Sequence record: MN563784.1
Length of the DNA stretch: 64,000 bases
Strand: one strand, 5' to 3'
In this document: positions 23,483 through 33,564 of the stretch, one piece after another
Layout of the letters: each line of letters starts with the position of its first letter
How positions within the stretch are numbered: the stretch's first letter is position 1
Notes under the pieces: generated by a model
What the model saw: only the letters and a program-made list of their open reading frames with translations
What the model was told of the DNA's origin: nothing
Database searches by the model: none
Program-made: the position numbers and the translations under genes

Positions 23483-23878
23483 ATGTTTAATCAACAATAT
23501 AATCCAAATAGTTCAGCTAAGGTAATGGAGACATTACATGCCTGTGCTAAACTTATTAAGGAAATGTTTTATTATAATGATCAATATGTTCAAGTAGAAT
23601 CGGCTTATACAGATGATCCAATCCAAGCATCCATTGAAACAGTAAATGATGGGTATTACAGATTAGTTATTCAAGACACCACACCAGATAGTACGTGGCC
23701 AGTGTGGGCAGTTGTTTTTATCAGACAACGTGGTGGGGATATTAAGTGTCTCCATATTATCAATCGTATTACTGGAGTATCTGCAAATATAGATACGCAA
23801 TTCAACTGTGATTCTTTTTACTCTGTTATTGATTTACTATTAGATCATTATCGAGTATTAACTTCGATGGAATACTGA
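23483..23878 (+). CDS. Early hypothetical protein
   Basis: 131 aa, GAGG RBS, behind an early promoter. Confidence 0.75.
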   Translation: MFNQQYNPNSSAKVMETLHACAKLIKEMFYYNDQYVQVESAYTDDPIQASIETVNDGYYRLVIQDTTPDSTWPVWAVVFIRQRGGDIKCLHIINRITGVSANIDTQFNCDSFYSVIDLLLDHYRVLTSMEY

Positions 23879-23888
23879 TATACATATT

Positions 23889-23910
23889 ACCCTCTCCTTC
23901 GGGAGGGGGT
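23889..23910 (+). terminator. Intrinsic terminator
   Basis: ACCCTCTCC-TTCG-GGAGGGGGT followed by TTAT. Confidence 0.75.
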
Positions 23911-23933
23911 TTATATCGCATTAATTTTTTTAT

Positions 23934-23964
23934 TACACTAAAAAAAGTTTAAGATCTATATTAC
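23934..23964 (+). promoter_or_regulatory. Early (vRNAP) promoter
   Basis: TATATTAC at 23957-23964, near-copy of 23418-23448. Confidence 0.8.
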
Positions 23965-24019
23965 AGACATGTATCTATATTGGATACTTATTAAAACTTA
24001 ATGATTAGGAAAATAGAAA

Positions 24020-24226
24020 ATGAAAGTACTAAAGATCGCAGCTGCAATTATCTCAACTGGTGCCCTCGCTGTTGCCGCTATTAATCTATATAAGGCCGTT
24101 TCTAAATCAACCGTTATTGATGACACCGTAGCTGATGATGATACGGTACTAGACAGTGAAGTAGATATTCTAACTGATGAGCTAGATAAAATCGATATTG
24201 ATGATAGTGCTCAACAAGTCGATTAA
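24020..24226 (+). CDS. Small early protein, N-terminal hydrophobic helix and acidic tail
   Basis: 68 aa; IAAAIISTGALAVAAINLYKA followed by an Asp-rich region. Confidence 0.7.
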   Translation: MKVLKIAAAIISTGALAVAAINLYKAVSKSTVIDDTVADDDTVLDSEVDILTDELDKIDIDDSAQQVD

Positions 24227-24244
24227 ATAATAGGGTTATCGCTA

Positions 24245-24760
24245 ATGGCGGCATTCACTTTAGCAAACTTAATGGGTGAGCTAAAGAAGAGTTCCGTCAT
24301 TGACTTATTCAACGATGGAAAGGTCAAGGCAGAACTCTATCCAGCTCATATGACATATATGGGTAGTGTGGTTGACTTACATCGTGTAGGCGATACATTC
24401 AGCTTCTATGTTGCAGATGGACATGGAGGCGTCACACGCTATCCATGTAGTAATCAGATTCTTGAATCGATAACATTAGAACCAGATGTTTATTATAAGT
24501 TAACTGGTAAAAAAGTTATTGAGAAAAGAATTGAATTACCAGCTGTTACAGTACCAATTGAAGAACCCGCTAAGCGCATGCCGCTGGAAACAATCACATC
24601 AGTTGCTGTTATTGGCGGGTTTATTTTGTACGTTGGGACACGGTTTTATAAAGCAAGTAAAAAATTAAAAAAATACGGTCATGCAGTATACTTTTTGGAC
24701 AAAAAACCCAGAGGGAAACGCAAAGGGCGGATTAGAACCGCAATTTTAAAATTGTTTTAA
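24245..24760 (+). CDS. Early hypothetical protein with C-terminal hydrophobic helix; 3' end probably corrupted (true length ~142 aa)
   Basis: The last ~29 aa come from a degenerate duplicated segment. The intact copy reads FYKACKKLK-stop. Confidence 0.65.
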   Translation: MAAFTLANLMGELKKSSVIDLFNDGKVKAELYPAHMTYMGSVVDLHRVGDTFSFYVADGHGGVTRYPCSNQILESITLEPDVYYKLTGKKVIEKRIELPAVTVPIEEPAKRMPLETITSVAVIGGFILYVGTRFYKASKKLKKYGHAVYFLDKKPRGKRKGRIRTAILKLF

Positions 24761-24962
24761 AGGGGGTGGTTTTGAAAAAAAAAAACGAAATATTTAAAAA
24801 AATTTTATAAAGCATGTAAAAAATTAAAATAATACGGTCATGCAGTATACTTTAGGTACAATAACCCTAGAGGAAACTGCAATGGCCGTATTAGACCGTC
24901 AATTTAATATTCGTTTAAATGGTGCTGATTTAGATAAACAAAAGCGAATTATTAAAGAAATT
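24644..24962 (+). repeat. 159-nt degenerate tandem duplication, probable sequencing/assembly artifact
   Basis: 24644-24802 aligns essentially without gaps to 24803-24961. Identity decays toward the 3' end. Confidence 0.85.
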
Positions 24963-25538
24963 TATACCAGGATTGCAAATGTGAATAACACAGTAATCAA
25001 TGGTACTACTGTAAGACTGATTTTATTTGTTAAAGCTAATGGCCAAGTGGCTACTGGAAGCGATGCTATTAAACTAATCAACGATGCAGAAACTAATCTA
25101 CAGGCGTGGGTTCTTTCTAATCGCTTTATCTTTAAATGGATGTTTAGCCATGCTAGTGATTTTGGTGCAATCTCTTCCAATTTTGAAGAAGTTTCACCAG
25201 GTGTTTATGATTGGAGTAAACGCCGTAGCTTTAATAAAGAATTTGATGATGAGCTAGCTAAAGCAAAAGAACGAAAACTAATTCGTCAAAATAAACCTAC
25301 TCTATTTAAAACTATTAAGAAAGTAGGTAAAGCTGCATATGAAACTATTTCAGATAACTCAACTGCAATCGTAAGTTTAACTGCTATTGGACTATTAGCT
25401 CTTAAAGTAACATCTGATCATAATCAAGTTATTAACCAAATGAATGTTATTAAGAAATCAATTGGTAATATTGAGCTACCACCTGTTGAAGTAATCGTAA
25501 ATACAGTTGGTGATGTATTAGATATCGATTTGTATTAA
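24840..25538 (+). CDS. Early hypothetical protein with a hydrophobic segment near the C-terminus
   Basis: 232 aa; TAIVSLTAIGLLAL. Confidence 0.75.
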   Translation: MQYTLGTITLEETAMAVLDRQFNIRLNGADLDKQKRIIKEIYTRIANVNNTVINGTTVRLILFVKANGQVATGSDAIKLINDAETNLQAWVLSNRFIFKWMFSHASDFGAISSNFEEVSPGVYDWSKRRSFNKEFDDELAKAKERKLIRQNKPTLFKTIKKVGKAAYETISDNSTAIVSLTAIGLLALKVTSDHNQVINQMNVIKKSIGNIELPPVEVIVNTVGDVLDIDLY

Positions 25539-25547
25539 GTGCATAAC

Positions 25548-25568
25548 GCCCTCCCATTACGGGAGGGC
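25548..25568. terminator. Bidirectional terminator, repeated family
   Basis: GCCCTCCC-ATTAC-GGGAGGGC. Confidence 0.8.
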
Positions 25569-25583
25569 TATATGTCGTTAATA

Positions 25584-26099
25584 TCAATCGTTTTCTAATT
25601 CTTTTTCTCGTGCAGCATCCATCCGCTCCATAAATGCATTGGATTCCTCCATGATGATACCGATTTCAGTTTCACCTTCTTCAATAGTGTAATTCTCAAA
25701 TTCCTCATCAGGAATATCTGGAATCTCACGTGGTGTTGCAGGGACATCATTCGGATCACGTATTAATGGATTACGGTTCATTTGCATCTTAACGAATTCA
25801 GCAAAGCCTTCAGCAAGTTCACGGTTAGAGCGTGCACCCTCAGAATCAACTTGAATACGACGGTTAGCAATTGTTGTCTTATCCATTGAATCTGTTAATT
25901 TAAGAATCATATCAACTGATTCTTTATCAGTAGGTACTTTACCAGTTGTATTTTCTAATACAGCTTTTAGTACTTTCTCTTTAACTGATTGTGTATACCG
26001 TATCTGCTGCTCATATTCTAGATCAGCATATACCTTTTCTTCTGTAGTTGATGATTTCTTTTCTAAAGGCTCATCAGATAAATCTGCACCATGGAACAT
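25584..26099 (-). CDS. Hypothetical acidic protein
   Basis: 171 aa, GAGG RBS. Confidence 0.75.
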   Translation of the reverse strand: MFHGADLSDEPLEKKSSTTEEKVYADLEYEQQIRYTQSVKEKVLKAVLENTTGKVPTDKESVDMILKLTDSMDKTTIANRRIQVDSEGARSNRELAEGFAEFVKMQMNRNPLIRDPNDVPATPREIPDIPDEEFENYTIEEGETEIGIIMEESNAFMERMDAAREKELEND

Positions 26100-26178
26100 T
26101 TTATTATCCTCTAATTAGTAATAGTAATACCTAACATACTTACCATATGCTAAGTATCTGAAAAATAGGTCCTATATC

Positions 26179-26703
26179 ATGTTTAAGAAACTTATTCAAT
26201 ATTTCCGGGGCTTCCAAAAGGAAGTTGGTAAAGAACAACTTCTAACTGAATTAGAACGGATAGATAAAGATATTATTTCAGGTGAAGAACGATTAAAAGC
26301 TATTAATAATTTCTGGCAATTAATTAATCTGGATGAATTAAAAACTCTGACCATCAGGAAGATGATAGGTGTTCCTGTCTATCTAAGACATTACAGTATT
26401 GGTTATTTATTAGATGCTCTAACTAGGTTAAATGATCATATTGCAAATGAAGATGATCTAAAGATTAGTGAAATGTGTCGTACTGAGTTTATCGACAGGA
26501 AATCAATTGACCTTGATGAATATTTTATAAACAGTAATGATAGTTTTATTGATGTATGTAAATCTATTGAAACTATGCGTGACTTAATTTGGCAACAAAC
26601 TGAATATCTTGAACAGATTAACCATCAAGCATATCAGCGCCAGATGGATAGAATGTACTATGATATTATTGAACTATCAAGAGCAATTATTAAGTTACTA
26701 TGA
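26179..26703 (+). CDS. Hypothetical helical protein
   Basis: 174-aa ORF. Confidence 0.75.
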   Translation: MFKKLIQYFRGFQKEVGKEQLLTELERIDKDIISGEERLKAINNFWQLINLDELKTLTIRKMIGVPVYLRHYSIGYLLDALTRLNDHIANEDDLKISEMCRTEFIDRKSIDLDEYFINSNDSFIDVCKSIETMRDLIWQQTEYLEQINHQAYQRQMDRMYYDIIELSRAIIKLL

Positions 26704-26773
26704 GGTGCAGACTATACAAGTATAAATTAATATAAAGTGTGTTTATTATCAATTCACCGTAGGTGTAAAAAAG

Positions 26774-27535
26774 ATGGAATCTGTAAAAGACTTATTAAGC
26801 GATCCTCAAAAAGGATTAAGGCAGGCAGAAGGGGTTTTGTGTTATGTTTTCCGGGAAGTACTACTGTGGCGTAATATGACACAGTTTGCTTGGGATAAAC
26901 GTTTGAATGCATACTTTCAAAAACCACATAACAAGAATAACCCAGATAAAGGTAATCTTAATAAAGCACTTAAAGCTGATACAATGAGTTGGGATGGCTT
27001 TAAGAAAGCTATTGATTTCTTATCACCTGTTAAAGCAACATTAGAGGTACGTCTGATTTGGGGTACATCAAAACCTGATTCAGTTTATACGATCAATATC
27101 GATCCAACTGAAGATGAGGTAACTTGCTCTGCAAATGATTTCCCCTATGAAGAATGTGAAATTTTTAAGAATCAAAAACCAGCTACAACTACAATGGCCC
27201 ATCTGTATAGGCATATTCTCTGGAAAGAAGGAATTAACCAGGAGAAGTGGGATAAGCTATGGGAAGAGTTTTTAAATAATCCAGTCAACCTTGTAGGATT
27301 GGATAAAAAGAAACTTACCTCATTGGCTAATACACAAAGGCGTGGTTTACTATCGCCCAATATGTCTTGGAATACATTAAGACGTGGATTCCTACTACTA
27401 CGGCCTAAAGAGGAGAGATACACTCTTTCTCTACAATGGACTGATGATCCTAATCTTCGAGATAAACTAGAGGACAGTGTGCATATTGTTCCTGTACCTG
27501 ATCCTCATTGGGTGGAGCCTAATTCAAATGAATAA
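26774..27535 (+). CDS. Hypothetical protein with internal domain duplication (gp171-like)
   Basis: 253 aa; two copies of WDK...MSW...L.P...L.W...DSV. Confidence 0.75.
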   Translation: MESVKDLLSDPQKGLRQAEGVLCYVFREVLLWRNMTQFAWDKRLNAYFQKPHNKNNPDKGNLNKALKADTMSWDGFKKAIDFLSPVKATLEVRLIWGTSKPDSVYTINIDPTEDEVTCSANDFPYEECEIFKNQKPATTTMAHLYRHILWKEGINQEKWDKLWEEFLNNPVNLVGLDKKKLTSLANTQRRGLLSPNMSWNTLRRGFLLLRPKEERYTLSLQWTDDPNLRDKLEDSVHIVPVPDPHWVEPNSNE

Positions 27536-27968
27536 TCCAGAAACCCCATGGGTACAAAATAATTATCCTGTAGATAGCATCATTGTAGATCAGAGCGGTA
27601 ATACACCGCTTCCTGATCTATTTCAGTTTAATGGAAAAGAGAAGAAGACCACACTTGATAATGAGAATTTCTTTTCATTCAAAGGTCTTCGGATGTATCT
27701 CATCACTGGTAAAAAAGAAAAGGCTTTTCTTCAACCAGAGGTTAATTCCCATTATAAATTAGACTATGGTTTAAAGTATCAATACGTAGATGGACTTACC
27801 AATATCCTTCGTGATACCCTATTATTAAATCTTAATAGTCGACCATTCGTTTTATTTAAAGCAAAAAGTTTTGGTCCATTAGTTTTATCAGGAGCAAACC
27901 TAACCATTCAAGAAAAAGAATGGTTTGAAATTGTTTGTGATGTTATTAAATCAATCAAACAGAGATAA
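27528..27968 (+). CDS. Hypothetical protein
   Basis: ATG at 27528 overlaps the end of the upstream gene. Confidence 0.7.
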   Translation: MNNPETPWVQNNYPVDSIIVDQSGNTPLPDLFQFNGKEKKTTLDNENFFSFKGLRMYLITGKKEKAFLQPEVNSHYKLDYGLKYQYVDGLTNILRDTLLLNLNSRPFVLFKAKSFGPLVLSGANLTIQEKEWFEIVCDVIKSIKQR

Positions 27969-27972
27969 CTTA

Positions 27973-28899
27973 ATGCATACTGAACATAGCCTTAAAATCA
28001 GTAAAAAGATTAACTTCCTTGTGCAAGTAGAAGCACGTATTAATGAACTATATCAGCAAAGACAAAATATGTCAATTGATCAATTCTCAAAAGAATTTTT
28101 CAATGAATCACCTGATGTAGTTAAACAAGCTATCACTGAGCTATATACAACATATCCATTCCAAGATGAAACTAATCCAAAACGGCAAAACCTTCGTTTA
28201 GCTATATTTATCCACGATAATGATGTTAGTTGGATTAGTTCAATTCTAGGCGTAGATGAATTTAATAATGTTTTAAGGCACGCAGATATTTTTTATAATT
28301 ATGTTAGTAGTTGCGAGACTGTTGTTCAGCGTAATTATTATGCGTCTTTACCAGATTACCGTGGCTACATGTATGCTATCTATGAAGAGGCATTCAACCG
28401 CGTTGCCCCACTAGTCAATAAGTATTTAGATATTGATGCACATGACAGTGTTTCATTTTTAGAAACACCCCATGTTCTACCAAAAAAGAGTGTATCTATT
28501 AAAGATATTATTGATCCATTTGGTCCATATAAACCTAATTACTGTATTAGTGATATTTATAGTGCACAAGCTACACAAGTAACAGAAAATACATATATCG
28601 CAGTTAATACATTTATCCGTACTGAGGTATATGAAAGACTATGTGCTGAAGGCGATACTGTAGATAAGATTGTTATTTCAGATAAACAAAGTATTATTAA
28701 TGATGAGGATTATATTAAACTAGTCCAAGATAAGATTAATGCATTCCATAAAGAAATGGTAGATAATGATTTTATACTTTATGCGCCGTTTAATATGTCC
28801 AGGTTAATTTATGTAATGAAGGCTAAATATCCGATTAAAGTTACTATTAGTTGTAAGGGATTCAAGCATATTGGAAAATTTATTGCTTATAAAAAATAG
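27973..28899 (+). CDS. Hypothetical protein
   Basis: ATG at 27973, just after the upstream stop codon. Confidence 0.7.
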   Translation: MHTEHSLKISKKINFLVQVEARINELYQQRQNMSIDQFSKEFFNESPDVVKQAITELYTTYPFQDETNPKRQNLRLAIFIHDNDVSWISSILGVDEFNNVLRHADIFYNYVSSCETVVQRNYYASLPDYRGYMYAIYEEAFNRVAPLVNKYLDIDAHDSVSFLETPHVLPKKSVSIKDIIDPFGPYKPNYCISDIYSAQATQVTENTYIAVNTFIRTEVYERLCAEGDTVDKIVISDKQSIINDEDYIKLVQDKINAFHKEMVDNDFILYAPFNMSRLIYVMKAKYPIKVTISCKGFKHIGKFIAYKK

Positions 28900-28909
28900 T
28901 AGTTTTTAA

Positions 28910-30046
<1,137 letters not shown>

Positions 30047-30054
30047 CAGCATAA

Positions 30055-30075
30055 GCCCTCCCATTACGGGAGGGC
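30055..30075. terminator. Bidirectional terminator, repeated family
   Basis: GCCCTCCC-ATTAC-GGGAGGGC, identical to 25548-25568. Confidence 0.8.
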
Positions 30076-30095
30076 ATTATGTCTTTTTTTTATTT

Positions 30096-30908
30096 TTAAC
30101 GCATGAAGCCAGGGCGCCTATGTTTAACTGGTGAAATATCCCAGCCAAGACTTTTCGCTAGATCTGTCACATTGGTGATATCAGAACATTCAAAACCCAT
30201 GTTAATTTGACGTTCACGTTCACGCTGTACCTGATATAGAGTATCAGGCGTGATAACCATTAATTGATCTTCATAGTTCTCTAATGCAGGGGAATTCCAT
30301 TTATTAGCACCGTAAATACCACCTTCCCCAACCATATCCCAAGTTGAAATCTCACGGGTATATTTGATACCGCGCATAGGATCATCTTGAGTTATTGACC
30401 TTACCGAGCAATAAGTATTCTGAGAAGGATTGGTAATAGATGCTTCGAAGTACTTACCAAAAGGACCGTATGGTTTGCATTTGCCAAGTACTAGTTTAAT
30501 AGGAAGACCTTTCTCATCTGTAGAATCAACCAGAATAAGTTCCTTAATATGCGCACACACACGATCATCATCGATTTGACGAATTCGCATTAGGTACTCA
30601 TGTTCATTCATCCGTGTGCCATCTTTACGATAGGGTTCAGGGTGTTTGTATTCCATGAATAGAACACCCTTTTTAACACGGCGCATTAAAGGTGAGTCTG
30701 GATTAAACATAGATACGCCGGATGCCATTTCATAGAACATACCAGCTGAATTTCGGGTACCATAAGCTCCTAGTGGAGTTAGATAGTAACCATCCGCATC
30801 AGGTACTAATACACCTTTTTTATTAGTACCGGCTAACATATCACTGCCGATAACTACTTGGTTATTAGTACGCTGTTGCAAACCAGAAAAATTAGAATAT
30901 GGTTGCAT
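30096..30908 (-). CDS. Prohead maturation serine protease (gp175-like)
   Basis: 270 aa; MEYKHP (His89) and CSVRS (Ser168) resemble gp21-type protease motifs. ALE210 is a plausible self-cleavage site 60 aa from the C-terminus. Confidence 0.85.
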   Translation of the reverse strand: MQPYSNFSGLQQRTNNQVVIGSDMLAGTNKKGVLVPDADGYYLTPLGAYGTRNSAGMFYEMASGVSMFNPDSPLMRRVKKGVLFMEYKHPEPYRKDGTRMNEHEYLMRIRQIDDDRVCAHIKELILVDSTDEKGLPIKLVLGKCKPYGPFGKYFEASITNPSQNTYCSVRSITQDDPMRGIKYTREISTWDMVGEGGIYGANKWNSPALENYEDQLMVITPDTLYQVQRERERQINMGFECSDITNVTDLAKSLGWDISPVKHRRPGFMR

Positions 30909-30919
30909 AACGCAACTCC

Positions 30920-31648
30920 TTAGGTCCTGAGGAGTTCTTCAATAAGCTCTACTGACTCAGATGGGTTAACAAGTGCTGATGTGATACCTTGATCAAAATA
31001 AGCCCCATTGAGTTTTGATGTTGTGTCTGAAGTATTCCAGATAACTGAACGGAATGGTACGTCGACTGGTGGATTATCCACGATATCACTGTGTCTAGTT
31101 AACACATGTCGATATAGTTGTGATATATCATCCGAGGCACGCTGAGTGGTTGAAATAATAAGTTGTAATGTAGGCCATCCACCAAGGTTAACACCAGCGT
31201 GTAAATTAGCTGTCTCAAATAATTTGGCTTTGTCATAATAGTTAATATACCAAGGGAAGTTTCCTTTGTTAATTAACTCATCATAGACATAGTAAGTTAA
31301 TGTATCATTAACAACTAAGTAAGTATTCTGGAAAATCTTACTACCTTTATCAAAATGAAATTCTAGATAAACTTCACCATTGATGTGGACGCGTTCAGTA
31401 GAGATTGGATTTATCCGCATCATTGCAATGGTATTATTTACTGCGTAATATTCATCATTAAAAATAATAGGAAATATACCAATAGTGAATACTTCACTAC
31501 CAATAACAGCTAGATGTCTTCCTGTAAATCTTTCTGGAATCTGTATTTTACATGGGGCATTAGTTACTACTGAATTATCTTCTAAATCAGTTAGATGACT
31601 GTGGACCCGTTCTGGATCCCGTCGAAGAGAACGTACGTCCATTATCAT
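30920..31648 (-). CDS. rpoC: Probable vRNAP beta-prime C-terminal fragment (gp176-like)
   Basis: C-terminal TSDTTSKLNGAYFDQGITSAL weakly resembles the end of beta-prime. The gene next to the protease is, as I recall, the beta-prime-C subunit in related phages. Confidence 0.6.
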   Translation of the reverse strand: MIMDVRSLRRDPERVHSHLTDLEDNSVVTNAPCKIQIPERFTGRHLAVIGSEVFTIGIFPIIFNDEYYAVNNTIAMMRINPISTERVHINGEVYLEFHFDKGSKIFQNTYLVVNDTLTYYVYDELINKGNFPWYINYYDKAKLFETANLHAGVNLGGWPTLQLIISTTQRASDDISQLYRHVLTRHSDIVDNPPVDVPFRSVIWNTSDTTSKLNGAYFDQGITSALVNPSESVELIEELLRT

Positions 31649-31721
31649 GTCCTAATTGTTCATTTATGTAAAGATTAAAATACTTAATCAAAATCATGCA
31701 CCTTTAAATATTCGCTGTATT

Positions 31722-31749
31722 ACTCCGGTATCCTTCCAAATACCGGAGT
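31722..31749. terminator. Intergenic hairpin
   Basis: ACTCCGGTAT-8 nt-ATACCGGAGT perfect 10-bp stem. Confidence 0.6.
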
Positions 31750-31795
31750 TTATCATCGATTGCATGTTTTAATGATTATTAACCATTAAGATAAT

Positions 31796-33355
31796 TTAAT
31801 TAGAAACTTCTTCTTCGATTTCAACATCATCTAAAGTTTCAGTGCTATCATCTTCTACAGTTTCAATAACTTCTTTTACTGGTAGTTTTGCATAAGGATC
31901 AACAACACCAGTGAACCGCTCAACTTTAATCTGTTGAGACAGCCATGCTGCCATTAGTGAAATTAGTGATTGTGTATTGAGTTCACGTAGAGTGGCCTCA
32001 GGATACATTTGACTAAATTCATCAACTGCTAGCAGATATTGCCAGTAAACATTTTCTGTAAAGAATGTTTTACAGATAAGTTTACCAAAGGTGATATAAG
32101 GATTCTTAAGATCTTCAGTCGTCATCGTACTCATTGCTTCTTTAATACGATATTCGAGTTCATTAACATGGCGATCTTTAAGTTCAGTATTAATGACACC
32201 ATCCATAAATGATTCATGAATGTCATTGCGTAGTTTACGTAAACCTTTATCCATAGCCGATTGTTTAATCAGCGGATATACTGATAGCCAACGTTGAATA
32301 AACTGTTCTGAGTTATTAAGAATCTGTTCTAGGTAAATGTTATTACTACCTGCTACAGCTGCACCAAGGATAGCTTGGATGTCACCACCGGCTAATTCAA
32401 ATTGAGGTGCAACATCACCATTAATGATTACTTTGCAACGAGAATTAGCAACTACATTATTAGCTTCTGAGGCTAGGATGAGTAGACCTGCATCACGATC
32501 AGCTTGACGACGTTCATAAGCACGCTTGAGATAGAATCCAAACATCTCATGTAGTTTACGAATAGTTAGTGACCATGTTTCTAGGTCAACATCACTCTCG
32601 CCAATAACTTCAACCGGGTTATCGATGTAGTGACCGCAAATCATGTAAGCCAGAGCTAGTGAATCAACAGTGAATGGGAAGGACCTACCCACAACATATT
32701 CAAGTTCACCTGGAATGAGAAGACGACCATCATTGAAGATAGAATTCCACACACCTTCAATAACAGCGGCACTATTAGGAATAGATAGTAGCCATTCTTC
32801 AACTTCAGTTTGATCTAGATGCGGATTACCCATTGACACTAACCGAATAATTTCATTAGCATCAATTGATTCTAGAATAAAGGTACGATACTCAGGTAGC
32901 GGCTGTAAATTATTGTATCGTGTACTAACGTGTGCAGTTAAGCGGGGATCACTATGAACTGCATTATAGTGGTAGAATGTAGCGCTTACATCTGGTTGAC
33001 AACTAATGCTTTGACGCTCATTAAAAACACGTACCATATATTCAATTGCAGGGCAAATAACATTCTGCGTATTGAATTGGATCTTTTGTAATGATGAGCA
33101 GACATGTGCAATCAGAGCTTCTTGCTCTTCTTCTACACTAACAGGTTGCTCTTGGTTAGCTTCCTCGAAGAACTCTTCTACAGATGCTTCCAGCTCTTCA
33201 GAGAGGGCAACTTTATTAGAGTTGCCATCTACACTGAAACCATCTGCAAAGACCGCAAGGGGATATGTTTCATTAGGGATAACTAGAACAAGGTTATCCT
33301 CAGTTAGACTACGTGCTGAGCCAACAATCGCAGCTTGGGTTTCTTTACAGAACAT
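31796..33355 (-). CDS. Virion head protein (gp177-like)
   Basis: 519 aa with acidic N- and C-terminal patches. Function from synteny. Confidence 0.65.
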   Translation of the reverse strand: MFCKETQAAIVGSARSLTEDNLVLVIPNETYPLAVFADGFSVDGNSNKVALSEELEASVEEFFEEANQEQPVSVEEEQEALIAHVCSSLQKIQFNTQNVICPAIEYMVRVFNERQSISCQPDVSATFYHYNAVHSDPRLTAHVSTRYNNLQPLPEYRTFILESIDANEIIRLVSMGNPHLDQTEVEEWLLSIPNSAAVIEGVWNSIFNDGRLLIPGELEYVVGRSFPFTVDSLALAYMICGHYIDNPVEVIGESDVDLETWSLTIRKLHEMFGFYLKRAYERRQADRDAGLLILASEANNVVANSRCKVIINGDVAPQFELAGGDIQAILGAAVAGSNNIYLEQILNNSEQFIQRWLSVYPLIKQSAMDKGLRKLRNDIHESFMDGVINTELKDRHVNELEYRIKEAMSTMTTEDLKNPYITFGKLICKTFFTENVYWQYLLAVDEFSQMYPEATLRELNTQSLISLMAAWLSQQIKVERFTGVVDPYAKLPVKEVIETVEDDSTETLDDVEIEEEVSN

Positions 33356-33366
33356 TTTAACACTCC

Positions 33367-33564
33367 TTAGATATTGAGGTTCTTCATTAAGCGAGCGTTT
33401 AAAGCTGCTGCAATATCAGCCTCAGTTAAAAACTCCCCATTCAGAGATGGGGAGCTGGTGGTGCCACCAAGCGATTGTAGAATTGCTTGAGTACCTAGTT
33501 TAACAGCAGCATGAAGAACAGCAATGTTCTGACCATGTGCTACATTATTACTTAGCTTTTGCAT
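33367..33564 (-). CDS. Small hypothetical protein
   Basis: 65 aa; fills the gap between vRNAP beta and the head gene on the same strand. Confidence 0.6.
   Translation of the reverse strand: MQKLSNNVAHGQNIAVLHAAVKLGTQAILQSLGGTTSSPSLNGEFLTEADIAAALNARLMKNLNI

Noticed and set aside
24644-24962. Diversity-generating retroelement template/variable repeat pair
   Set aside because: Mismatches are not adenine-specific, they mostly copy the preceding base, and no reverse transcriptase is in the window. An artifact fits better.
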